IMG/VR virus record: IMGVR_UViG_3300046115_000059
Location: 1 to 64,000 of that record
Length of the DNA stretch: 64,000 nucleotides
Strand: one strand, 5' to 3'
Source of the DNA: a virus
The notes under the pieces: generated by a model
Database searches by the model: none
What the model was told of the DNA's origin: nothing
What the model saw: only the letters and a program-made list of their open reading frames with translations
Shown: in pieces, positions 25,388 to 33,112 of the stretch
How the letters are laid out: each line of letters starts with the position of its first letter
How positions within the stretch are numbered: the first letter of the stretch is position 1
Program-made: the position numbers and the translations under genes

Positions 25388-25572
25388 TGCGCTGGCGTAT
25401 TGTGCGGTTTCTTAGCGGCGTGTGGCTTGAATGTCGAGCCGATCGGCAGATCGAATCCGATACTGTTTACTGCGGTGATCGCGCAGTGGCGATCGTGCAG
25501 GTGGATGGGGTGGAGCAGCCGGTGTGCTTGCATCATCTAATGCGCTTACCGGGTAAAGCGGCAATACCATGA
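25387..25572 (+). CDS. Hypothetical protein
   Basis: TAATG overlap. Confidence 0.4.
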   Translation: MRWRIVRFLSGVWLECRADRQIESDTVYCGDRAVAIVQVDGVEQPVCLHHLMRLPGKAAIP

Positions 25573-25877
25573 TCGTTGCCATCGATCGCACCGAACCGCA
25601 GGACGACGGGATGGCGTGCTGGCTGCAGGATGGCCGTAGCGTCGTGCTGGGCTCGGCGCGGCATCACACAAAAGGCACCGTGCGCACATCGGCCGGGCAC
25701 GTGCGCATCGGTGACAGTCTGTCATGGGATGGGCGCACGATCGCGGTGTGGTGGCCGCTGGATCGCGGTCCGTGCACGATGCCGGTGCTCGGCATCATGC
25801 CAGCGGTGATCGCGCCACCAGCGGCCACGTATGCGGTGACGAAGCTGCGTAAGCACGCGCAGCCGTCGCTGTTCTAG
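25569..25877 (+). CDS. Hypothetical protein
   Basis: ATGA overlap. Confidence 0.45.
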   Translation: MIVAIDRTEPQDDGMACWLQDGRSVVLGSARHHTKGTVRTSAGHVRIGDSLSWDGRTIAVWWPLDRGPCTMPVLGIMPAVIAPPAATYAVTKLRKHAQPSLF

Positions 25878-25921
25878 TCGTCCCAGATGATCAGTATGGA
25901 ACGCGACGGCTGGATCGACGC

Positions 25922-26110
25922 GTGGGAAGGGCTCGGGTTGTCGTGAAGCACGTTTGTTGCGAATGCCATCGCAAACAGGCGCAGACGCAACCGGTGATCC
26001 AGTTTCAATCTGCGGAAGTCGCGCGCGTGTGTAAAGCGTGCTGGTATCGGCTCGGTTACGACGATCACATGCAGCCGTGGTCGCAGCCACCAGACAACCA
26101 CACTATCTAG
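25922..26110 (+). CDS. Small zinc-ribbon protein (CCEC...CKAC)
   Basis: ORF track. GTG 25943 is an alternative start. Confidence 0.45.
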   Translation: MGRARVVVKHVCCECHRKQAQTQPVIQFQSAEVARVCKACWYRLGYDDHMQPWSQPPDNHTI

Positions 26111-26154
26111 CGGGCTCGATAATGTCGGGTCAAAACAGGCCGGATTCTGCAGGC

Positions 26155-26182
26155 TTGACAACGGTTTGAAACAGACTATACT
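26155..26182 (+). promoter_or_regulatory. Promoter cassette P7 (leaderless; spacer TTGAAACAGAC)
   Basis: TTGACA 26155-26160, TATACT 26177-26182. ATG 26189 is the 7th nt after the -10. Confidence 0.75.
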
Positions 26183-26188
26183 TATTCC

Positions 26189-26470
26189 ATGATGAATCAC
26201 ACGGTTGGCACGGCGCAGGTGGGCGACACGATCCAAGTAACGGATCGGAAGTCGGGATTCAGCGGCTGCGTGCTGACGCTGCTCGCGATCGAGCGTGGCT
26301 GGTATCTGTGCGAAAACTCCTACGGGCGTGAATCGCGCGCGTTCGACGGCAAGTATCGGACATTCATCCGCGTGCGGTCGGTGGCGTTCTACCGTAAAGC
26401 GTGGAACGTGGCCGAGCAGGGTTTGCCCGGCGATCTCGGCACCATGACGCACCTGCGCGGAGGCATTTAA
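26189..26470 (+). CDS. Hypothetical protein (predicted leaderless)
   Basis: 93-aa ORF starting at the predicted +1 of P7. Confidence 0.55.
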   Translation: MMNHTVGTAQVGDTIQVTDRKSGFSGCVLTLLAIERGWYLCENSYGRESRAFDGKYRTFIRVRSVAFYRKAWNVAEQGLPGDLGTMTHLRGGI

Positions 26471-26472
26471 TC

Positions 26473-26589
26473 ATGTATTTCTGCACACGCTGCAATCGAC
26501 CGATGTCGCGCGGCCGCTGGGGCTGGTTCGTGCACGTGATCGTGCGCGCCTGCGAGAATCAATTCGCGTATTGGGCGGAAGTGGACTAA
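26473..26589 (+). CDS. 38-aa hypothetical protein (CTRC motif)
   Basis: ATG 26473 in the track frame. Confidence 0.35.
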   Translation: MYFCTRCNRPMSRGRWGWFVHVIVRACENQFAYWAEVD

Positions 26590-26593
26590 AGCT

Positions 26594-26836
26594 ATGAACG
26601 CGCGCAACACGCGCCAGCCCTTCGCGCAGCGTCGACGCCGGTTCACCGATGCGCTGCAGGGTGAACGCTGCAGCTACGACATCACGCTGGGCGACGGTTC
26701 GCAGGCGCAATGCGGCCGCACGCAATCGACGGGCTGTGCCGGGTATTGTCGGCAGCACTGGCGCATGATCCAGCGCGAAGGGCTGCCGATTTCGGTAAAA
26801 ACAGGCCGGGAAATTAGGGACTTGACAACCGTTTGA
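26594..26836 (+). CDS. Hypothetical Cys-rich protein
   Basis: 80-aa ORF that ends inside P8. Confidence 0.45.
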   Translation: MNARNTRQPFAQRRRRFTDALQGERCSYDITLGDGSQAQCGRTQSTGCAGYCRQHWRMIQREGLPISVKTGREIRDLTTV

Positions 26837-26849
26837 AACCGACTATACT
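26822..26849 (+). promoter_or_regulatory. Promoter cassette P8 (leaderless)
   Basis: TTGACA 26822-26827, TATACT 26844-26849. ATG 26856 is the 7th nt after the -10. Confidence 0.75.
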
Positions 26850-26855
26850 TATCTC

Positions 26856-27485
26856 ATGTCAACCAAAGCTACGCACAGCGGCCACTGCCAAGCCTGTGGA
26901 CACCTGCAGAAGATGCCCGGTGGGCTCATGAGCCTGCACGGCTACACCACGAAGTGGGGATTTTTCAGCGGCACCTGCGACGGTGCCCGCGCACTGCCGT
27001 TCGAGCTGTCCTGTGATCTGGTCAAGGGCTACATCGTGCGCGCGCAGTCCGCGCTGGCCGGTGTGGAAGCGGAACAGGCTGCGCTGCGCACACCAGCGAC
27101 CGAGCCGTTCACGTGGGTGGTTCGCTGGCAGGAAGGCGATCGCTATACCAAAGGCGGCCACAAGTGGAGTCGCGTGCCGGTCACAGCCGAAACCGTGAAC
27201 TACGACGGCGGCTCGTATCAGCGCTTCTACTTCGAACGTGAACGCAGCACCGGCAACACGCGCGAAGAGATTCACGGCTCGGCACGCTACGGCGACGATA
27301 CGCTGCTGAACGTGTGCACGTTCCATAACAGCAAGCGCGCGGATTATCTGGAACGCGATGCGCGCAATCTCCGCAATTACATCGCGTGGCAGACCGAGCG
27401 GGTGAACACGTGGAAGCCTGCACCGCTGCTGCCGGTGTCGCACAAGGACAAGTTGGGATTCACGCCGGAAGAGGCACCGTATTGA
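26856..27485 (+). CDS. Hypothetical protein (N-terminal HCQACGH motif; predicted leaderless)
   Basis: 209-aa ORF starting at the predicted +1 of P8. Confidence 0.55.
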   Translation: MSTKATHSGHCQACGHLQKMPGGLMSLHGYTTKWGFFSGTCDGARALPFELSCDLVKGYIVRAQSALAGVEAEQAALRTPATEPFTWVVRWQEGDRYTKGGHKWSRVPVTAETVNYDGGSYQRFYFERERSTGNTREEIHGSARYGDDTLLNVCTFHNSKRADYLERDARNLRNYIAWQTERVNTWKPAPLLPVSHKDKLGFTPEEAPY

Positions 27486-27694
27486 GCGGCGTATTCTGCA
27501 CGGCTGCGAAGCTGCACCGCGGGCGCTGGCTTGTGGTGCAGCGGAACTGCAACCATTCCGCATTTAGCGGCTACCGGCTCACGTGGTCGGCATGGAGTGC
27601 TGTCTGGTGCCCGGTGTGCCGCAGCATCTGGCGCACGAAGGCGGGCTATGTGGCCAGCCTGCCGGATGCGCCAGCAAATTGGTTCGAGAAATAA
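27482..27694 (+). CDS. Hypothetical protein (NHSAFSGY...CPVCRSIWRT motif)
   Basis: TTG 27482 overlaps the upstream TGA. Confidence 0.45.
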   Translation: MSGVFCTAAKLHRGRWLVVQRNCNHSAFSGYRLTWSAWSAVWCPVCRSIWRTKAGYVASLPDAPANWFEK

Positions 27695-27698
27695 GCGC

Positions 27699-27726
27699 TT
27701 GACAAGCACTTGAAACCGACTATACT
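27699..27726 (+). promoter_or_regulatory. Promoter cassette P9 (near-leaderless)
   Basis: TTGACA 27699-27704, TATACT 27721-27726. ATG 27736 is 10 nt after the -10. Confidence 0.75.
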
Positions 27727-27735
27727 TAGTGAATT

Positions 27736-28044
27736 ATGGTCAATCACACAGCGGCAACGATTCTCGAACAGCTCGGCGGGCGCCGGTTCGCATTCATGAC
27801 GGGCGCGCGCAATTTCATCGGCTCGGAGAATGCGCTCAGCTTCCGGCTGCCGGGCGCGGGCGGTTTCTGCAAGGATGGGATCAACGCGGTGCGTGTGGTG
27901 CTCGATCCGTCAGATACCTACACCGTCACATTCTCGCGCGTGCGCGGCACAAAGGTGACGACGGTCGCCGAGCATGCGGACATCTACTGTGAGCAGCTAG
28001 CGGATCTGGTGAGCCGGACAACCGGTCTGGTGGTGCGGTTGTGA
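27736..28044 (+). CDS. Hypothetical protein
   Basis: 102-aa ORF from the track. Confidence 0.6.
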   Translation: MVNHTAATILEQLGGRRFAFMTGARNFIGSENALSFRLPGAGGFCKDGINAVRVVLDPSDTYTVTFSRVRGTKVTTVAEHADIYCEQLADLVSRTTGLVVRL

Positions 28045-28316
28045 TGGTGGCATCTGGGAATACCTGCAGTGTCTGGATCGTCGTGGCGTGGCTGACCGAG
28101 GAAACGACAGCCACGCGCGGGCGCGAACTGCAGACTGTAAAGGTGGCGCATGCCGCGGTGTGGAAGCGCCGCGGCTGGGCGCAGGACGTAGAGATTGCCG
28201 AGCGGTATGCAGCCGGGCCGCACGCGCTGCCGGGCACGAAGGTGTTCACGTTCGATCCGCGCGAACCGGATCCGCTGGGCGCGGCGCGGCGGCTCATTCT
28301 GGAAAGGGCATCATGA
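28041..28316 (+). CDS. Hypothetical protein
   Basis: GTGATG overlap with the upstream stop. Confidence 0.45.
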   Translation: MMVASGNTCSVWIVVAWLTEETTATRGRELQTVKVAHAAVWKRRGWAQDVEIAERYAAGPHALPGTKVFTFDPREPDPLGAARRLILERAS

Positions 28317-28528
28317 AAACACGAAGGCCGAAACGCTATCAAGTGCTGCGCGGTGACGGGTACGTGCAACGCGAAACCAATAACAGGCGCGACGCATTCA
28401 GCGCTGCGGTGGTGGCCGATACCTGCGGGCCGCGGGCTCGTGTGCTCGAACGGCGCTATCGGGGCGACGGGCACGTGATGCAGCGTGAATGCTGGCCGCG
28501 CATCGGCCAGTGGGCACCAGTCGGATAA
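28313..28528 (+). CDS. Hypothetical protein
   Basis: ATGA overlap. Confidence 0.5.
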   Translation: MKTRRPKRYQVLRGDGYVQRETNNRRDAFSAAVVADTCGPRARVLERRYRGDGHVMQRECWPRIGQWAPVG

Positions 28529-28556
28529 ACCCTCGAAACGAACAGGAGCGTTTCTC

Positions 28557-29150
28557 ATGGCATACGGACAGGATCTCAGCGGACCGAAGGTCAAAACCGA
28601 AACGATCGACGGGCGCACGTTTGACATTCACGTGAACGGCATCGGCCAATTCTGGACGCTGGATGATGGGGATTCCATCATGGCCGAATCGCTTGATCTG
28701 CTGCTCACGAAGTTACGGCGCATGCTACGCACCGAACGCACGCGGATCAACATTCCAATCACGATGTTGTACGAAAGCCGCGCAGCAGCAGGCCGAGATG
28801 TGCCGGTGTATCGGCATGCCGTTATTACGGGCGTGCACTCGCGCAGCGGTAACACGCTGGTGCGGTTCGAAGATACCGGCAAGTCGGATCAGCTCAGCGG
28901 CTTTAGCAGTGATGGCATCATGTGCAAACGGCTCACGCCAGCGCAGGTGAAGGAATTCGAGCAGCTGGCGAAAGCAGTCACGTTGGCTGATAAGGCTTAC
29001 GACACGTTTAAGTTAGACGTGCAACTGGCAACTGGTCGGCGCGGTGTGACTGAACTCATTCAGGTGGAATTAGAAAAGGCGCAGGCCGCGGAACCGGACG
29101 CACCGTCCGGCGATCCTCGCGTCGACGCACCGGCGAAACGGAAACGGTAA
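28557..29150 (+). CDS. Hypothetical protein
   Basis: ATG 28557 two nt after the hairpin GAAACG-AACAGGAG-CGTTTC, which displays the SD in its loop. Confidence 0.55.
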   Translation: MAYGQDLSGPKVKTETIDGRTFDIHVNGIGQFWTLDDGDSIMAESLDLLLTKLRRMLRTERTRINIPITMLYESRAAAGRDVPVYRHAVITGVHSRSGNTLVRFEDTGKSDQLSGFSSDGIMCKRLTPAQVKEFEQLAKAVTLADKAYDTFKLDVQLATGRRGVTELIQVELEKAQAAEPDAPSGDPRVDAPAKRKR

Positions 29151-29180
29151 AACCCTCGAACGAACAGGAGCGTTCGGATC

Positions 29181-29339
29181 ATGAAACGATTACTACTCAT
29201 CGGGTTGCTGGCGTTTTCGCCAGCGTGTTATTTCGAACTGCGCACGGATGGCTACATCTACGCGTGCGACAATGCCATTCCGTTCAATGGGGCAACGATC
29301 ACAGGCTGCCAAAGCACCGGCGTCAAGGTGACGTTTTAA
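29181..29339 (+). CDS. 52-aa exported or lipoprotein-like peptide
   Basis: MKRLLLIGLLAFSPAC plus three more Cys. The same SD hairpin lies upstream. Translated by hand. Confidence 0.45.
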   Translation: MKRLLLIGLLAFSPACYFELRTDGYIYACDNAIPFNGATITGCQSTGVKVTF

Positions 29340-29878
29340 TGGCGATGCCATTCAAACCGATCCGCAATGCGCGGGGCGACTCGTGGGACGGTGTCGCGTG
29401 GACACCGTTCAAACGGGTGGATGTACTGAACGATGATCCACTGACTACGGCCGCACACGCGGATCCGCAAGCCGTGTTTGTCAACAGCCGGTATCAGGTG
29501 GCGATCTGGCACGGGCACGCCGAACCCTTCGGCGTCTATCGGCACTTGTCGATCAAGACGCACGATCGATCGGCGCGGCACGATTTTCGTGATCTTCAGC
29601 GCATCAAAAACGAATTGGTCGGACCGGAATGCGATGCGATCGAAATCTATCCGGCTGAATCCAAACTGGTCGACGGTGCGAATCAATACCATCTCTGGGT
29701 GTTCGAAGCGTTCAAGTTGCCGATCGGATTTCCCGTGCGGTGCGTGAGCGATGGCGACTGGCGCAATAGTAAGCAACGGCCGTTTGCCCACGGGGAACGT
29801 CCGGCCGACTGCTTGGATCCGGAACAATTCGAGGCACTGTATCAGCAGCAGCTGGCGCAGGTGGAAGGGACATCATGA
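29339..29878 (+). CDS. Hypothetical protein
   Basis: TAATG overlap at ATG 29339. Confidence 0.55.
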   Translation: MAMPFKPIRNARGDSWDGVAWTPFKRVDVLNDDPLTTAAHADPQAVFVNSRYQVAIWHGHAEPFGVYRHLSIKTHDRSARHDFRDLQRIKNELVGPECDAIEIYPAESKLVDGANQYHLWVFEAFKLPIGFPVRCVSDGDWRNSKQRPFAHGERPADCLDPEQFEALYQQQLAQVEGTS

Positions 29879-30852
29879 AAATGAAATCGTTCGTGCTACT
29901 CGTGGCGATCATCGTGTCGGCGCACGCGCAGGCGCAGGGGCTGCCGGTCTGGACGTCGCATACCACACTGGCCGCATTCACAGCGGATGAGAAAACGCGC
30001 ATCGTGAATCTGGCCGATAACGTGTTCGTGCCGCTGACCGATGACGAAGTGGTGCAGGCAGGCATTGCGCTGGGGCAGCTCTACGCCAACGACGCGGCTG
30101 GTGCGGCGTATCTGCAGGCGCTGGGCTATCTCGTCTACACGTTCAATCCTGCGGGCAAGTCGTATTACCTCGTGCGCGAGCCGAGTGGCGCAGCGTTTCG
30201 CGGGCTTGGCACACACGTGATCAACCGGGCGCCGGTGACGAACACCGTCGTGCATGGTAAGCACATTGCCACCGATACCAAATCGCACTTGTCGACGCTG
30301 CGCTTTTTCGAGGAACTGGGTGCGGTCGCCATGGCATGGACGGGTGTGACGCGCTGCAGTAGTTCAACGCTGTCACCGTGTATCAGTCCGTCAGTCTTTT
30401 GCAACGGTGGCGATCGGATCAGTGATGCAAACCGGTTTCACCAGAATATGATCACGGCTAGTACGCTGGCCGCGCAGGCGCGCGGGGCGATCACGTTCGA
30501 CGTGCACTCGAACAGCACCGAAGTGAAATCAATCGTGCTGGGCGCCGGTGGCACACTGTCTGGTGAACCGCTGGCGTTTCTCACGAACCGGATCCGCGAT
30601 CGGCTGGTGGCAACGTCGGCGCTGTCGACGGGCGCGTGCGAACATCCGGGCGATTCGGGGCTGGTGTTTTGCGGAGAATACTTGCAGATGAAAATCTGCA
30701 ACGGGCTCACGCCGGGCGAAGCCTGCGCCGGGCTCGATCCCGCGAGCAGCACCGAAACCTATGTGCAAGTGGAACTGCGCAGCGTGATCGTGGATTCCCT
30801 GACGAACACGCGCACGCTGGTGAATGCGATCAAAGCAGAACTGCCACAATAA
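29875..30852 (+). CDS. Secreted protein (Sec signal peptide)
   Basis: MKMKSFVLLVAIIVSAHAQAQG, then a Cys-rich mature region. Confidence 0.6.
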   Translation: MKMKSFVLLVAIIVSAHAQAQGLPVWTSHTTLAAFTADEKTRIVNLADNVFVPLTDDEVVQAGIALGQLYANDAAGAAYLQALGYLVYTFNPAGKSYYLVREPSGAAFRGLGTHVINRAPVTNTVVHGKHIATDTKSHLSTLRFFEELGAVAMAWTGVTRCSSSTLSPCISPSVFCNGGDRISDANRFHQNMITASTLAAQARGAITFDVHSNSTEVKSIVLGAGGTLSGEPLAFLTNRIRDRLVATSALSTGACEHPGDSGLVFCGEYLQMKICNGLTPGEACAGLDPASSTETYVQVELRSVIVDSLTNTRTLVNAIKAELPQ

Positions 30853-30861
30853 CGCGCGGAC

Positions 30862-30878
30862 GTGAAATCGACTATACT
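30862..30878 (+). promoter_or_regulatory. Cassette-type element P10 lacking a -35 (GTGAAATCGAC-TATACT)
   Basis: TATACT 30873-30878. The -35 position reads AACGCG. ATG 30889 is 11 nt after the -10. Confidence 0.5.
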
Positions 30879-30888
30879 AGGTGGGCTC

Positions 30889-31374
30889 ATGGGCTACCGT
30901 GAACGTCAATACGAAAAGCGCGACATGTATGCGCGCATGTCGAAAGAGGATGATGCGGCCGCATTCCAGCGCTGGCGGGCACAAGTGACGTTTACCGACG
31001 AGCAGATCGCGGTGGTGCTCGAACAAGCGGCCGCTGATACGGAACACGTGAATCCGTTTCTGGCGAGTATCTATCGTCGGCAATCGATGAAGATTCGGCA
31101 GAGCGGGCGACTGACCAAAGCGATGCTTCGGATCGCACTGCCGCGGCTCGTGACCACGTGCGGTCTGTGTGGCGCGAAAGCGATCTATCTGTATGGTTGT
31201 GACGGACGCTGCAGCAAGCACCGCGATCAGCGTCCTGATTTTACGGTCAGAAAATTTCAGCAGTACGATGCCAAAGGTGCGTTTATGGAGGCTATGCGCA
31301 AGCAGTCTGATTACATCGATCTAGACAGGCGTTCATTGAAAGCGAGTCTCAGAAGCCGCAAGGGCAAAGCATGA
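30889..31374 (+). CDS. Hypothetical protein (CGLCG...CDGRC motif)
   Basis: ATG 30889. The track start at 30862 lies inside the promoter element. Confidence 0.55.
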   Translation: MGYRERQYEKRDMYARMSKEDDAAAFQRWRAQVTFTDEQIAVVLEQAAADTEHVNPFLASIYRRQSMKIRQSGRLTKAMLRIALPRLVTTCGLCGAKAIYLYGCDGRCSKHRDQRPDFTVRKFQQYDAKGAFMEAMRKQSDYIDLDRRSLKASLRSRKGKA

Positions 31375-31553
31375 ACAATAAGAAAACGCCAGCGGTCACG
31401 CTGGTGACTGGGCCGCGCGGGCTCAGCGAGATTTCACAGAACGCGCGAAAGAACTCTGCGAAGTCTAAGCGTGCGACATCCGCGGCGCAAAAAATTCTGA
31501 CGCGCGGTTCACTGCTCGGCGTTTCGTTTGCGCCGGGAAAGGATGGCAAGTAA
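31371..31553 (+). CDS. Small basic hypothetical protein
   Basis: ATGA overlap, 60 aa. Confidence 0.4.
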   Translation: MNNKKTPAVTLVTGPRGLSEISQNARKNSAKSKRATSAAQKILTRGSLLGVSFAPGKDGK

Positions 31554-31891
31554 TGGAGATGGGGCGCCGCGGTTTCCTGCAAGGGCTGGTGACGAGTGTC
31601 GCGTCGACGTCGCTGGTGGTGCAGGCTACCGCTCAGGATATTCAAAAATTCGGGAAGGGTGAACCGGTGGCGCTCGGTAGTGCGGCGCGCGACGTGCCGT
31701 ATGTGCCGTTCAATCTCAGCGATCCGGTGCTGTTCAATCGACAGGGTGTGCCAGTCGCGGTGGTGTCTGATTTTCGTATGCGCGAAGCGATGCCGGGCGC
31801 ACCGGGCACTGCGCAGCGGCTCGTGTTGATCGCCGAACAGATTTCACCGTTCACGATCAATACGCGCACAATGGGATCTCTCGGCAGGTGA
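31553..31891 (+). CDS. Small exported protein with twin-arginine (Tat) signal
   Basis: MEMGRRGFLQGLVTSVASTSLVVQATAQD. Confidence 0.55.
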   Translation: MEMGRRGFLQGLVTSVASTSLVVQATAQDIQKFGKGEPVALGSAARDVPYVPFNLSDPVLFNRQGVPVAVVSDFRMREAMPGAPGTAQRLVLIAEQISPFTINTRTMGSLGR

Positions 31892-31921
31892 CACCGTGTT
31901 GATGGATGTTGTGAATCGATC

Positions 31922-32107
31922 GTGGAACTATACGACCGGTGTGGCAGCGATCCATCGCGGACAATTCCTGCGATGGTGATGGCGGAAAGCACGCGAGACG
32001 ATTACATCGCGCAACAGCTCGCGCGTGGGAATTTCGATCACGAGCAGCAGCAGTCGTGGTCGGTATTGAATACCGCTAAATTTTTCTACGTGGTGAGCGT
32101 TGACTAG
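31922..32107 (+). CDS. Hypothetical protein (start uncertain; ATG 31973 possible)
   Basis: ORF track. Confidence 0.35.
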   Translation: MELYDRCGSDPSRTIPAMVMAESTRDDYIAQQLARGNFDHEQQQSWSVLNTAKFFYVVSVD

Positions 32108-32109
32108 CA

Positions 32110-32577
32110 ATGGCGATTGAAACCGTCACGCGTGAACAACTGCGCCAGTCGTCGCGGCTACAGCTCGTGCTGCACGTCGAGCACCGCAAGCAAGCCAAGA
32201 TGGTCGGCAAGGTGTTTCCGGTCGATCTGCCGGATCGCGGGCTCGTGCCGATCTTCTATCACGCGGAATCGGGCACGCAGGAACACCATGCGCTCGATTC
32301 ACCGGGCGGGCTCGATTGGGCGGTGCTCGAATTCCTGCAGGGCAACGGCATCGACACGATTCATCATTTCGACAATAAAATTTTGTCGTTATGGATTACC
32401 ACGGTGCAGGACGTGCTGGACTGCGGCATCGAGCAGACGTGGGATGCGCGCACGCGGCTGTTTCTGCCGCGACGCTACTGGTCGCAGTCGGTGCGCTGGT
32501 ATTCGGTGCCATGGATCACGGCGATTACGACGGTGCGCGGGGCGATCCGGGCACGTCAGAATCCGACCATGTTTTAG
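32110..32577 (+). CDS. Hypothetical protein
   Basis: 155-aa ORF from the track. Confidence 0.55.
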   Translation: MAIETVTREQLRQSSRLQLVLHVEHRKQAKMVGKVFPVDLPDRGLVPIFYHAESGTQEHHALDSPGGLDWAVLEFLQGNGIDTIHHFDNKILSLWITTVQDVLDCGIEQTWDARTRLFLPRRYWSQSVRWYSVPWITAITTVRGAIRARQNPTMF

Positions 32578-32597
32578 GGATAGAATCCGGCCTATGG

Positions 32598-32825
32598 ATG
32601 TCTCGCTTGCTGGGTGAAGCCGCGGCCGCACTGGCAGTGCTGGGGCTGCCGCGGGCCGTTCGGGCTACGCGGCTACCGGAAACGTCTGAAATCGCGCCAC
32701 CGGTCACGCAGGAAGCGCGGGCGCAGGCGTTGGACCGCGATCGGGCACACCAGCAGGCGATGCGCGTCACCGAAGCCACCGCACCCAAACCACAGCACTG
32801 GCCTGCGGATGGGGTAACGCGGTGA
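32598..32825 (+). CDS. Hypothetical protein
   Basis: ATG 32598 in the track frame. Confidence 0.4.
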   Translation: MSRLLGEAAAALAVLGLPRAVRATRLPETSEIAPPVTQEARAQALDRDRAHQQAMRVTEATAPKPQHWPADGVTR

Positions 32826-33112
32826 ATCCGATCGAACCGCAGTTGCCGGTGCACGCGGGTGCCAAGCTGCAGCAGATCGCGGAAACGCAGGATGAATACC
32901 AAACGCTACCGGCGTATGTCGACGCGGCCGGGTTGGTGCTCACCGAATGGGAACCAACCGCCGCGGAATTACACCAGCTCTTAACAGGCGGCCGCATTCG
33001 GATCTGGATTCATACGTTCGGGCAGGATCTGCAGCCGTTGTCGGTGGAAGCGATTGGCGGGGAACCACCAAAGGACGAGCACGAATCGGTGCTGAACAAA
33101 TGGAACCTGTGA
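32822..33112 (+). CDS. Hypothetical protein
   Basis: GTGA overlap, 96 aa. Confidence 0.5.
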   Translation: MNPIEPQLPVHAGAKLQQIAETQDEYQTLPAYVDAAGLVLTEWEPTAAELHQLLTGGRIRIWIHTFGQDLQPLSVEAIGGEPPKDEHESVLNKWNL

